From assembly GCA_047967505.1 (NCBI GenBank), contig CM106538.1: a stretch of DNA of 64,000 nucleotides; one strand, given 5' to 3'. Positions within the stretch are counted from its first letter, which is position 1. Each line of letters opens with the position of its first letter. Shown here one piece after another: positions 1 to 10,797 of this stretch. Origin of the DNA: Dipteris shenzhenensis. Lineage: Eukaryota. Both the position numbers and the translations under genes were made by a program. The notes under the pieces are model-generated. The model made no database searches and was not told where the DNA came from. It saw only the letters and a program-made list of their open reading frames with translations.

Positions 1-397
1 ACAACATAAGTATGAAACCCTGGAACTAACCCTAATGATTTGGCACCTAAAATCTAGGAGACCTCACCAGTTCATAGAGCATATGTGGTTGAGGTGCTTA
101 ACTGAATACGTAAGAAAAATATGATTAGGGCCTAGTGAGATATGGACGGTAAAGTACACACGGTCCTGCATGCCATTATAACCATTAGGATTTTATCCTA
201 CAAAGCAACATATTAGGTGTGAATGAGCTCACAGCCTGTTGCCTACGTGATTTTATGATAAAAGAACTGTATTTTTATGCTCGAGATGTCAGAGTCTCTT
301 CCTGTCTCATGCAGACATTTGATAGATTACTTTTTTTTGACAAATGGTGTGGCCTGATACAATGTATCTAATACGAAGTTGTATCATTTCCTGACAG

Positions 398-612
398 ATG
401 CTGGTGCAGAGCTCGTTTACTTTTCACCGCTGAAGGATTCCCTACCCTCTAGTCTTGATGCTATTTTCTTTGGAGGTGGCTACCTTGGCCTTTATCTGGA
501 CCGCCTATCAGCCAACAAGCAGCTTTTGTATGCTGTCCGTGCATTTGCCGATGCTGGAGGTATCGTGTATGGTGAATCAGGTGGTCTGATGTACCTATCA
601 CAAGGAGTTGAG
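398..612 (+). CDS. Host gene exon A: CobB/CbiA-like class I glutamine amidotransferase domain (internal exon; upstream exons not seen)
   Basis: ctgacag acceptor and GAG|gtgctt donor. Encodes DAGAELVYFSPLKDSLP..DAIFFGGGY..LSAN..AVRAFADAGGIVYGESGGLMYLSQG, matching the CobB/CbiA pattern AGAELxxFSPLxD..GGGYPE..YAECGGLMYL. Confidence 0.9.
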
Positions 613-786
613 GTGCTTTGATGGGCTATATACCTCTTTTCTTTGTTATGCATGCTTACATAAAATACCGACCAAATGGAATTAGGATCTTTTCTCCATT
701 AACGTTGTCCGTCGATTGACTTGTATTGCAGCTGTGTGGGGAATTCTTTGAGCAATGAAGCAATCCTATCTTCTGTCTGTAAACAG

Positions 787-873
787 GGTCAAGATATGCA
801 GTCATTTCCAATGTCAGGGGTCTTCCCATTTTGGACTCGATTTGGAGAATCAATAAGAACTGGTTATGTGAAG
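787..873 (+). CDS. Host gene exon B (CobB/CbiA-like GATase domain)
   Basis: aaacag acceptor, AAG|gtattg donor, phase 0/0. Encodes GQDMQSFPMSGVFPFWTRFGESIRTGYVK, similar to CobB PMxGxxP...LGY. Confidence 0.85.
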
Positions 874-1059
874 GTATTGGTTGTTTTGAGGTGCTGGCGT
901 CTAAATTATTTTAGATCTTCATTTATCCTAATACTGCGAAAGTTATTATGTGCTATATGGTTTCTGTTTGGCATTGCATCTGTTGATCTCATGCTTCTGT
1001 GCATTTTCCATATTTTTTCTCGTCTTGTGATCTCATTTTCCTTATGACAATGGAAACAG

Positions 1060-1181
1060 GTGACGCCTCGAGATAATTGCGTGATTTTCCCAGCTGAAAT
1101 AGGAGAGATTCGAGGCTTTATGTACTCTTCTAGTGAGATTTTCTTCCCAGATGGAACTTCTATTGACACATGCTGCAAAGG
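1060..1181 (+). CDS. Host gene exon C (CobB/CbiA-like GATase domain)
   Basis: aaacag acceptor, GG|gtaatg donor (phase 2). Encodes VTPRDNCVIFPAEIGEIRGFMYSSSEIF..., at the position of the CobB RGHEFHYS segment. Confidence 0.8.
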
Positions 1182-1451
1182 GTAATGTAATACCAAGAAT
1201 TGCACAGCCGGATTGTATTTTATTATTTTGCAAACAGCATTAAGACATCATGATGGTCAATTATTTACTAATCCTGCAGAGTGTCCTTCTAGCCTTGCAT
1301 GTACTCTCTGATTATTGTCAGGAAAGTTGAGCATATCATTATATAAACAGTGGACCATGCTGTTGGTTAAGAGAGAGTCATCTTGGCTTTCAATGTTTTG
1401 TACAATACCTTAGGGCATTCAGCAGGCTGAATTTTCTGTATACGTGGTCAG

Positions 1452-1589
1452 GTTCATTATAAATACTGATCAAGGCAGAGCACATATGGAATGGGAGGGA
1501 TACATGCAAGGGAATGCTATGAGCAGTTTGGTGCATCTTCACTTTGGTAGCAATCCAAGCGTGGCATATGCTTTGGTGGAGCGTTGTAG
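1452..1589 (+). CDS. Host gene exon D (C-terminal end of CobB/CbiA-like GATase domain)
   Basis: ggtcag acceptor (phase 2, matching exon C) and AG|gttggt donor. Encodes FIINTDQGRAHMEWEGYMQGNAMSSLVHLHFGSNPSVAYALVERCR, similar to CobB EGxxxGNxxASYxHLHFxSNP. Confidence 0.85.
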
Positions 1590-1744
1590 GTTGGTTGCCT
1601 CTTTAAGCTAGCACTTCTGGAACTTATGGGACATGATTACTTGCCGATGCTGCATGGTAATAATGATCTATGCTTGAGAGAGAAAGTGCTTGTTTTTATC
1701 TTTTCTCAGTTGGAATAAGCAAATGGATACATTGGTGGATGCAG

Positions 1745-2607
1745 GATGGATCGGACAAAAGCAGCAGCTGTTGCTGCGGCTTCAGCATCAGCTGTGGCTG
1801 GAGCAGGCCCTGCAGCTGCTGCTGCGGCAGGTGCTGCAGCTGCTGAAGCTGTTGCTGCTGCCTTGGGTGAGTGTGGAGAAATTGTGCCATATTCCAGCAT
1901 AGGCATGGCTTTCAATATGAAGGATCTTCCATATCAGACTATCAATAGAATGGGCAGTACTCGTCTCACCTTACCTTTCAAGCAAGGAGACGACTGGAAA
2001 ACCTTGGAAAAAGCTCAACATTCACCAGTGGGGGGATTTGATGAAAATCAGGTTGACACACACTGGAGGTCTGGTGTCTCTTTTCGGGAGGAAGATACTC
2101 TGCGGCGTACAGAGTCTTTTGATTTACATCAATTAAGGAGAACAACTGGCATTGAGGCCTATTGTAAGTTCTCAAGGTCTGAATCAGAAATCTGGGATGG
2201 AGCCACAAGATCAGAGAGTCGTTCTAGAGGCTTGAACAATTTCCACTGTCATAGTAATACTGTCGTGGATAATTTGCATGATGGAAACTCTTTGATTCAG
2301 AAGAGTGAATCAAAGCGAAGTAGAGTGAAGTCTAACAGTGCTGATTTCAGGGATGTAAATTGCATGAGCTCTACCAGGGATAAGCATTATGATAGGGCTA
2401 ATCAGTCATCAGGGCATCAAGCAGAACAACTTTTGTCTACAGTAAGTAAACTAAATAGGTGGGAGTGCAATGGGATTACAGCACTGAATCAAGTTCCTCA
2501 GAATATATCTGTGTCATTCAGATCTCCGCGGTCTGGGCAGAGAGAAACATTTCCAAAGAAAATAGTGTCCCTGCTTCCATCCACGACAGAAATTCTCATT
2601 GAACTTG
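1745..2607 (+). CDS. Host gene exon E: Ala-rich then Ser-rich linker, ending in the start of a BtuF/TroA-like solute-binding domain
   Basis: atgcag acceptor (phase 2), G|gtaagc donor, open for 863 nt (ORF 1746-2630). Ends FPKKIVSLLPSTTEILIELG, the typical RIVSLxPSxTEILxxLG start of helical-backbone binding proteins. Confidence 0.85.
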
Positions 2608-3210
2608 GTAAGCTGCTTCTTAGATTATGATAGGCTTATGGATTGTTCAGTTTTGCACTCATTTCAATAGTTTAAAAGAACAAGAGATTTTTTCGCAATT
2701 CTCCAATCCTGAGTTGCTGTGTAACAAAACTGCAATTGAGACTAAAAACAAGTAATAAAGCAAAAGATACATTGCTGCTAGCTGGTTACTAATGACATTA
2801 TGAAAAGGACCTTATTTGAAAACAGAAACGAAGCAAGGACATAGGATTTTAATGCCATATTGTAGGCATGAAAATAGTCACAACTCTGAGAACAGCAATG
2901 AGGAACAGTAGTTGTAATGGCAACATGTAAGCCTTTTCTGCTGTATAGATCTACTTTCAGATGATCTTATTCTCTTGAAAGACAACCAAAAAAACTTTAA
3001 AATTTTAGAGAGTCTTTACTGATGCTCATTCAGAGAATGCTTAGTGGTGTCTTTAGCTTAGGATCAGTATTAAGTTTGAAAGAAGCTTAGATTTAGTTGT
3101 ATAAGAGAATGCTATATACTTCAAAAAGAGGGCAGTGACTTGTGCTGTTGTTTACAGAGAAGGATATTGTCTTGGAAGTATGCGTTATCTCAATTGTGAA
3201 TAGTGAACAG

Positions 3211-3284
3211 GTGCAGGGAGCCGCTTAATTGCTATTACTGACTCCTGTGACAGACCTTCTGGCGTTCAGCGAGGACGTCATATT
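3211..3284 (+). CDS. Host gene exon F (BtuF-like binding domain)
   Basis: gaacag acceptor (phase 1), ATT|gtaagt donor. Encodes GAGSRLIAITDSCDRPSGVQRGRHI, similar to GxGDRLVGVxxxCDYP. Confidence 0.85.
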
Positions 3285-3865
3285 GTAAGTCACATCTTGT
3301 CTTTTATTGAAATGTCAGTTTATGTTCAAATTGAGAATGGAACATTTGTGGAGCTTAATTCTCGATGTACAAGCAAACAGAGAATTCTCGCATGAAACGA
3401 ACTGTGAATTCTCTTCAAGTCTCTGTCATTACAGAGTACCATAAAAAGTGCTTAGCCTGTCATGCAGAATGAGTAGAATTGCTTTGAGATAAACCGTTTA
3501 TGTTCAATATCTTTGCCTTTTCATTTTTCAACTGTTTTCTTGGTTTTCTTCTCTGTCTGTAATGATGGTACCCGTTTCAATCAACTGCCTTCATCCCAGC
3601 TTATTGAAAACCAGCAAAATCTGGCACGGTCTATTTGACTATGCTTAAATGTTTGATGAAGATCTGATCTTTTTCACATATAGGTTGTATTCAATTCTAT
3701 CAATTTTCATTGTTGCAAAAGATTGCGCTTCGTGCTTGTAATTTGGGCTCTCATTTTTAAATCACATCCCCTTCCTACAACCCATTCTTAATCAGATGAT
3801 TGTATGCATCCAATCGTTTCTGCAAAACTGATGTTTGATTTCCTTTCATTTTGTTTCACATTTAG

Positions 3866-3922
3866 GTTGGACGAAGTAGGCTTGACGCTGCAGCTATGTC
3901 CAATAAAAAGGTTGAACATGCA
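3866..3922 (+). CDS. Host gene exon G (BtuF-like binding domain)
   Basis: Pyrimidine tract plus atttag acceptor, GCA|gtaagg donor, phase 0/0. Encodes VGRSRLDAAAMSNKKVEHA, similar to VxRSxIDxxxMSSxEIDxA. Confidence 0.8.
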
Positions 3923-4084
3923 GTAAGGCCTGAACTGGAATTTAAATGCTTTTTTGCTGTCTGCACAAAGACTTGGCAAATTTGGCTCATAATTTTGCAA
4001 CCAGCAAAAGTTTTATAATTCATCTTTGGCTTGCTACCATGCTTGGCTTAAAATTACGATTTGGTACTCTTGAAATCTTTGCAG

Positions 4085-4189
4085 GGGGACTGGAAACCTA
4101 ATCTTGGATGTCTCACCTGGAAGGGTTGCAAGTTGAAATTAGATGTTTCGTGGCTTGGCAAAGTCAAACCTGACCTCATAGTGACTGAG
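4085..4189 (+). CDS. Host gene exon H (BtuF-like binding domain); 5' boundary uncertain
   Basis: ttgcag acceptor (an alternative in-frame aag at 4121-4123 is possible) and GAG|gtaaca donor. Encodes ...KLDVSWLGKVKPDLIVTE, similar to LDxExLxxLxPDLIxTQ. Confidence 0.75.
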
Positions 4190-5220
4190 GTAACATTGCA
4201 CCACTTCAGGGCCTCATTGACTTCAGAGCACGTAATCTTTTGGAGGCCTCTTTAATGTCAGAGCATGTAAATTGTATTCATACTGGCTACCCTTTCATGG
4301 AACTCAGCTCCTTCATATTGAAGCTGTTTGCAAGCAGGGTTATGTAAATGCATGCCTGTCATAGAGCATATGCTTATGCTGCTTGTTTTTCACCTTGTGT
4401 TTGGTGCCAATGAAATGGGCTGGGATGCTGTAGCAGCTTGTCCCTGCTATGCATAGAGTTTGTATGCACACTTGTGTCTCTCTGTACTTCCTCTAGTGTA
4501 TGGAGGCAGGCACACACATATGTATCATAGTCACGTAAAACATGTGAAATGCTTCAAAACGTTTTGAAACAGAACAGAAAAAGACCAAAAGTTTCAAAAA
4601 TTGACTTTTGTATTTTTGGTCCAAAATTTGTAAACAAGGTACATTGTGTTTTTAGAGGATGAGTTTGGGCATGTTCCTGGACTCATCTAGGTATATGCTT
4701 CTGTCATTTTAGCGAACATGCAAATTTCACCTTGTGAAGTTTTCGTCCATGTTGCGGTGCGGCCTGCTGGTTTTGCGATAATTCTTTTGATCTGAAGTGG
4801 TGCGTTGCTCTATTAGCTAGATTTAGATGCTCGTGTGGGAGAGACTAAAATGAAATTGTTTAGTCTTCACAAGCAATTATATCTTGAATGAAGAGATTTG
4901 GACTACCTTTTGATTAGCCTTCTCCTTTAGTGCTAGCCTTCATCATGGCTGAGTCTGCCCTTCACCTCCTGAGTGCCGACAGAAACTCAATACGAAGACT
5001 TTGTATAAATGGATGCTCAAGTATGTGTGGGTGTGTGGATTTGTATGTGTGAGAGCATATGTTTATACTATGGTCCACACCCACTGTTGGACTGACATAT
5101 GTTTTTGTATTAAGCAGCCCATGAGCTGATTTGTAATTTGTACTCAGTTTTCATTATATGAATAAAGACCTTCGGGGGGGTCCAGCTGGACGATTGTATT
5201 GGGCCCTTGTGCTTTGTGTG

Positions 5221-7410
5221 AGAGAGAGAAAGAAAGAAGGAAAGTTTCTTTAAGTCTTTGGAAGACCGATGGGTCTATGAGACTGTGAAAAACTTGGTAC
5301 AAAACGAGCTGTGAGGGTGGAGCTACTAAATGAGCATCCACACCAATGCAAAATGCAAAAATGCAAAATGATAGTACTAAGTACAACATAGTCATGTCAG
5401 TGGTCGACTACATATCAATCTCATCATTATCATCATCATCAACATCAGGACATCAAGGTGGATGGGGCAATGGAGGCATGAAATCGGCGATAGAGTGTTG
5501 TCGGCTGCTCACAGGTGCAGCCCTGTGACGTCTCCTGGTCATAGCTCTGCGCCTAACAAGAGCCACAGTAACCCCTTCGGCTGAGCTCCGACTTTGAACA
5601 GAGAGGGGATATCGCCAAGTGTAATTTGCGCGTCAACCCTCTGTCTGAGCTGTCGGGTCACTGGCTCTGGGTCATGATCATGTCGAGGCCTCATCTCGTG
5701 GGGGCCCATGTGATCTGGTAGGAAGAACTCCGTGAAAGAGCTCTGAGAGGAATCTGCCAAGGAAGAACTCTGCTCCTGTCTCCGTGATTGAAGTATCCTC
5801 TCGCAGTGCCTAACTACCTCATGAATGAAGCACGCCAAACATCTCTGGTATGGATAGGAGAGGAATCGGGACAAAACCCCAGAGCTATCTCTGAAGAGGT
5901 AGTAGAAACGCCCTCGGATCCATAGTAAACAGGGCCCCTGAAGATGAAGTGCTCCTCCGTCTCAACCTCGTGGATGTCACATAATGTGCATATGCGCCTC
6001 TCCCTGGGTAGGTCCTCTGCTCTGCCGCTCTCGATACGAAGTCTATGTGAAGAGACTCGAAACTGCCCAATAGAGATCCTCAGTGATTGGGGTAAGTGGA
6101 TCTGCGTGTATCTTGGTGGGTCAATGAAACCCTCTGTGATATGCAAGCAGTGACCTCTGTAGAAGCTGAGCTTCACTAGGAGTTCGCTCGGTCCCAACTA
6201 GGTCCGGAATGTATGTAGCTGTAAGAGATCCTCACGGATTACCTGCCATGACAACCCAAATTATCTCGTGGTCATAACCCAAATCGTGTAGACGTCGGAG
6301 GAGGCGGGCTCTTGTGACCGTATCAAATGCTTTGCAGAAATCACAAAGCAACAGTAAACCCTCTGTTTTCGTGCCCTCGCCTCCTCGATGATAAACCTGA
6401 GCGTGAGAATGTGATCCATGGTTCCATGATCCCGCTGGAATCCAGCCTATTTTGTTGCTCTAAGTCTTGGACACTGTGCAAATCGATTGACATCGGAATC
6501 AAGCATTGATAAATAAATCTTGGACATGACATGTCCAATCATAATGGTCTTGTAATTCTTCGGGGTCATGGGATCCCCTATCTTGTGGATGGGTGAGAGT
6601 GTGTTAACGGTCGAGGTGCGTGGAAACCCCAAACAAACAGCTTCATTAAAGAGCTTTGCTAAGATCACGGCTAGGAGGTTAATCCCATCTGCAATGAACT
6701 CAATGCAGGATGTGGGGTGTGGCATATGTGAGAGGTGAGGGACTGGCTGATTTGGGATGTCATATAGTGTGTGTGCATAGTTATACCAGAGCTGAGTGTC
6801 AGTGAGTGGTGAGGGGGACCGTCCCTCTAGAAATCTTTGCCAAAAGTCCTTAGAGTTGTTACTAAACAAAATGTTCAGTAGTTTCTTCTTGTTCCGGCGA
6901 ATGAAATCTAGTTCTTTCTACGTACCAGTTGACGATACTCGCGTAGTGTCTCTGGTTCGCTCGAAAGATTGTTTTTGGTTTCGAATCTAAGCTGACGGTG
7001 TCAAGCCTTGCACTCATCATCGTACCAACTATTACAAGGTACGGTCCTGGGTGGTGGTGGGCGGGTGGAGCGAGTGGTGTGAGGGAAAGCGTGAAGGGCA
7101 GCCTCGTGTAGTGAGCGGGTGATCAAGGCATCGCAGTCCTCTAATAGGGGTATGAAGTCAATATAAGCGAGAAGTATGTACAGACGGCTTGAGTAAATAG
7201 GTGAAGCGTATGTCATGATAGGTGGAGTAAGGATTCAGTGGGGTGGAAGGTGCTGTGCGACGGGAAGTGGAAATACTAAAGAATAAGTAGGTATGATCAG
7301 CTTGAGGAAGAGGTGCTACAGTAAAATCAGTGATGCAAGATGTGAAGGTAGGGGATCCCATGATGTAATCAACAACGCTAGAGCCTCCCCCATGTGGAAA
7401 GAACACTGAT
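5221..7410 (-). mobile_element. RTE-clade LINE, degenerate, 5'-truncated, with an internal RT deletion
   Basis: Minus-strand fragments: endonuclease end (FPHGGGSSVVDY), RT start (PIHKIGDPMTPKNYKTIMIG), C-terminal RVSSHRLRIESGR..RICTLC..VETEEHF. 3' (TTTC)n/(TC)n tail at ~5215-5245. Confidence 0.85.
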
Positions 7411-7630
7411 CTTTCGAAGGTCTTAACAATTGAGGAGTTACAGACACAAACTGTCCTCAAACCTTGGCGTCCCTTTCGGTGTTTCTTTATTAATTGAGAA
7501 CCTTGTAAATAAGATACATAGTGGATTCAACCACACTTGCATTCAATGCACATCCCAACTCTCAGTAGGCATCATTGGCAACAACCCTGCTGGGCTTTGC
7601 TTACACCATACATTCTAATAGGCGTCTAGT

Positions 7631-7880
7631 TGTGAGACAAAGATAAGCAATGAGTAAGCGTGAGAGCAAACGTAAGTGTACTGAATAACTGAATAGAATG
7701 AGCTAGTACAAAATGAGAGTGAGGGGTTTTGTCTAAGTGACAAAATCCTATCCTATCTACTAACCGTAGTTAGGGATTGCACTGTGGTTAGGGGAAAAAA
7801 CCTCAATGAGGGAAAAGTGCCCCTAACCTACTTATTACAATACATTGGCCACTGCCTAGAATACAATAATAATTCTAACA
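7631..7880 (-). repeat. 3' LTR of Copia A (250 bp, ~200 bp shorter than the 5' LTR)
   Basis: TG...CA ends, similar to 20972-21425, adjacent to the polypurine tract (tccccct on +). Confidence 0.85.
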
Positions 7881-7917
7881 TCCCCCTGCTGTGCCAATGT
7901 GGTGTACAAGGTCGTGA

Positions 7918-9973
7918 TTAATCACCAAAAGGAGATAAGTTTAGGGCACTGTGAAATGCCTCAAACTTCTCATGTGGAAGTGCTTTGGTGAAGATGTCTG
8001 CAACATTGTCATGTGTTGACACATAGATCATACTGATCTCCCCTGCATGCAACTTCTCTCTGACATAATGATAGTGAACCTCAACGTGCTTCGTGCGAGC
8101 ATGAAACACAAGATTCTTTGCCATTGCAATAGCACTTTGCAATCAGTGAGAATTGGAGAAGGACCCTCTAATAAGAGACGAAGATCAGCGAACAAACAAC
8201 GCAGCCAAACACATTCAACTGTCGTTGCGAAAGCTGCCTTGTACTCAGCTTCACATGAGGAAGTAGCCACTCTAGATTGCTTCTTGCTCAGCCAAGAAAT
8301 GCAAGCTTGTCCCAAAAAGAAACAATTACCACTAGTGGACTGCGTGGTATCATAGTCTCCAACCCAATCTGAATCACTGTAAGCATGCATTTGCAAGTCA
8401 CCCCCCCTGGGAAACATCAAGCCATAAGACTTTGTGCCTTGCAAATAACGGAAGATGCGTTTTACAGCCTGCCAATGTGTAGTCTTTGGGCTGTGCATAT
8501 ATATGCTCACCTGAGATATTGCATACTGAATATCGGGCCTAGTATTGCACAAATAGATGATGCATCCAACAGCCTGGCTGTAAAGTGTGACATCCACTGA
8601 TTCACCTGCATCATACATAGTAAGCTTCAGCCCCAGCTCCATGGGAGTGGCTACAGGCTTACAATCATGCATGTTGAACCTATCCAAGAGCTTTTGCACA
8701 TACTTGGATTGAGACATAACGATGCTACTCTTGTCTTGTATAAACTGGATTCCCAAATAAAAATTTAACATGCCTAAATCTGTCATGTCAAATTCAGCTT
8801 TCAACTCAGCTTTGAAATGTGCAATTATTTCCTCATTTGACCCTGTGAGCAGCATGTCATCTACATAAAGAATGATGACCAAAATATTCCCCCCCCCATC
8901 CTTCTTGATGTAGAGGGTGCTTTTCGTGAGACTATTATGTAACCCCTTACTTGCCAGGAATGCATCAATCTTGACATACCATGCACGTGGGGCTTGTTTC
9001 AGCCCTTATAAAGCTTTTTTCAGCTTGCAAACTTGAACTGCATTGCCAGAAAGTTCAAATCCAAGAGGTTGTTTGACATAAACCTCTTCCTGCAAGTCCC
9101 CGTTAAGGAAAGCTGTTTTTATGTCCAACTGATGGACATTCCAAACAAAATTTGCAGCCATGGCAATAATTGACCTGATGCTGGTTATCCGGGATGTAGG
9201 AGCAAATGTCTCCTCATAATCTATGCCCTTCTTCTGTGCATAGCCTTTGGCAACCAGCCTTGCCTTGTACTTATCAATGGGCCCATTTGGCTTCCTTTTT
9301 ACTTTGAAAACCCATTTGGTATCGATGGCATGCTTCCCTCGTGGCAAATCCACAACATCCCAAGTCTGATTTTTCTCAATGGATTGCAATTAATTGTGCA
9401 TGGCATGCATCCAATGCACATTATCCTTGGCTTCTTCAAAAGAGTCGGGTTCTTCTTCATCAAGAAGAGTATCTGCATAAGTTGTCTCAATAGAAAGAGC
9501 CCCCCCTATGTGCCTTGCTGCACTACGAGTCCTGCCAAGCAAAGGTGCCTACTCTCTCACAGAGTCTGTAGCAACCAATTCGGAACTGTTTTGGCTGCGT
9601 GTATCTGTTGAATCTCTTGCCTGACAACTTCATCCACACATTGTGGAGGTACAAAAGCAGCATGTGGCTGAATTGGGGCATGTGGATCCAGAGGAGGTTG
9701 CTGTAAACTCTGATTTTCAGCATGAGCCTCAGCTGGGGAACCGAATGCTATAGGAAGCATCCCCTCAAAAACATCATCTGAAGAAGTTGGAATAGTAAAT
9801 TCAGCATTTGTATGTGCTGAATTGTCTGAAAATATAACATCTCTACTTACAAAAATCTTGTGAGAAGCAGGATTGTAGATACGATAGCCTTTGCTTTGTG
9901 CACTATACTCAACAAAAATGCATTTAAGTGCCTTATCTGACAACTTATGCTGAAACTCCATAGGCACGTGGGC
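7918..9973 (-). pseudogene. Copia A pol: integrase C-terminus, RT and RNase H (frameshifts and stops)
   Basis: KWVFKVK..YKARLVAKG, LDIKTAFLNG, LYVDDMLLTG, AYSDSDW, HARTKHVEVHYHYVRE. Confidence 0.9.
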
Positions 9974-10797
9974 ATATGCAACATAACCAGAACCCGTAAG
10001 CTCTTGCGAGCTTCCCCCTCCCCCTCCGTACCTCTACCTCCCCTAGCCCTTCTCCTCCTCGCCTCGGCTTCACCTCCCCCCCACCCGCTGCCGCTGCGCC
10101 CTCCCTCGCCATCCCCGCTCACCTCCGCCTCACCCCCCCTTGCACCTCCGCTCACCCTCGCCACGCTCACCCCCCCCCCCCCCCGCTCCGTCTCTCCCCC
10201 TTGCCCCTCCGCTCCACCCCTCCCCGCTTCCGCTCCACTCACACCCCCTCACCCCGCCTCACCCTCCCCGCCTCGCTCCGCCCCCCTCGCCACGCTCACC
10301 CCCCCCCAGCTCCGTCTCTCCCCCTTGCCCCTCCGCTCCACCCCTCCCCGCTTCCGCTCCACTCACACCCCCCCGCCTCCCGCTCCGCCCACCCACCCCT
10401 CGCCCCCCGCCCTCGCCCCCTTTCGCCTCACCGCCCCCCCTCCATTTCACCCCCGTCTCCCCTTCCCGCTCTCCGCCCCCTGCCCCCCCGCCCCTTCGCT
10501 CCACTTTTTTTTTACCCTTCCCTCCGCCCCCCGTCCGCCTCTCGCCCCACTCCGCCTCTCCCCCGCCCCCGCTTCCGTTCCCGCCTCCTCTCCACCGCCC
10601 CCGATCCCCGCCCCCACTCCTCCACCCCGCGCCATCTCCGCTTCTTGCCCCCCCCATCCCGCTTCCTCCGCCCCCCGCCCTCCATCCTTCCCGCCACACC
10701 CAGGCTCCACCCTCCCGCATCTACCCCCCCCCCCCCCCCCCCTTTTTTGGGTGGCAGCCTTTTCCTCATCGGAAGCCTCGCAGTTTGTCTTGGCGGT

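Noticed and set aside
1414-1451. Upstream acceptors (tag at 1411-1413, cag at 1420-1425) for exon D
   Set aside because: They are phase 0, whereas the exon C donor is phase 2. Only the AG at 1450-1451 keeps the frame.
1690-1915. Poly-Gln/Leu and antisense Ala-rich ORFs
   Set aside because: Alternative-frame readings of the GCN Ala tract in exon E.
379-4255. Bacterial cob operon or contaminant
   Set aside because: The coding segments are split by phase-consistent spliceosomal introns and embedded among plant-type retrotransposons.
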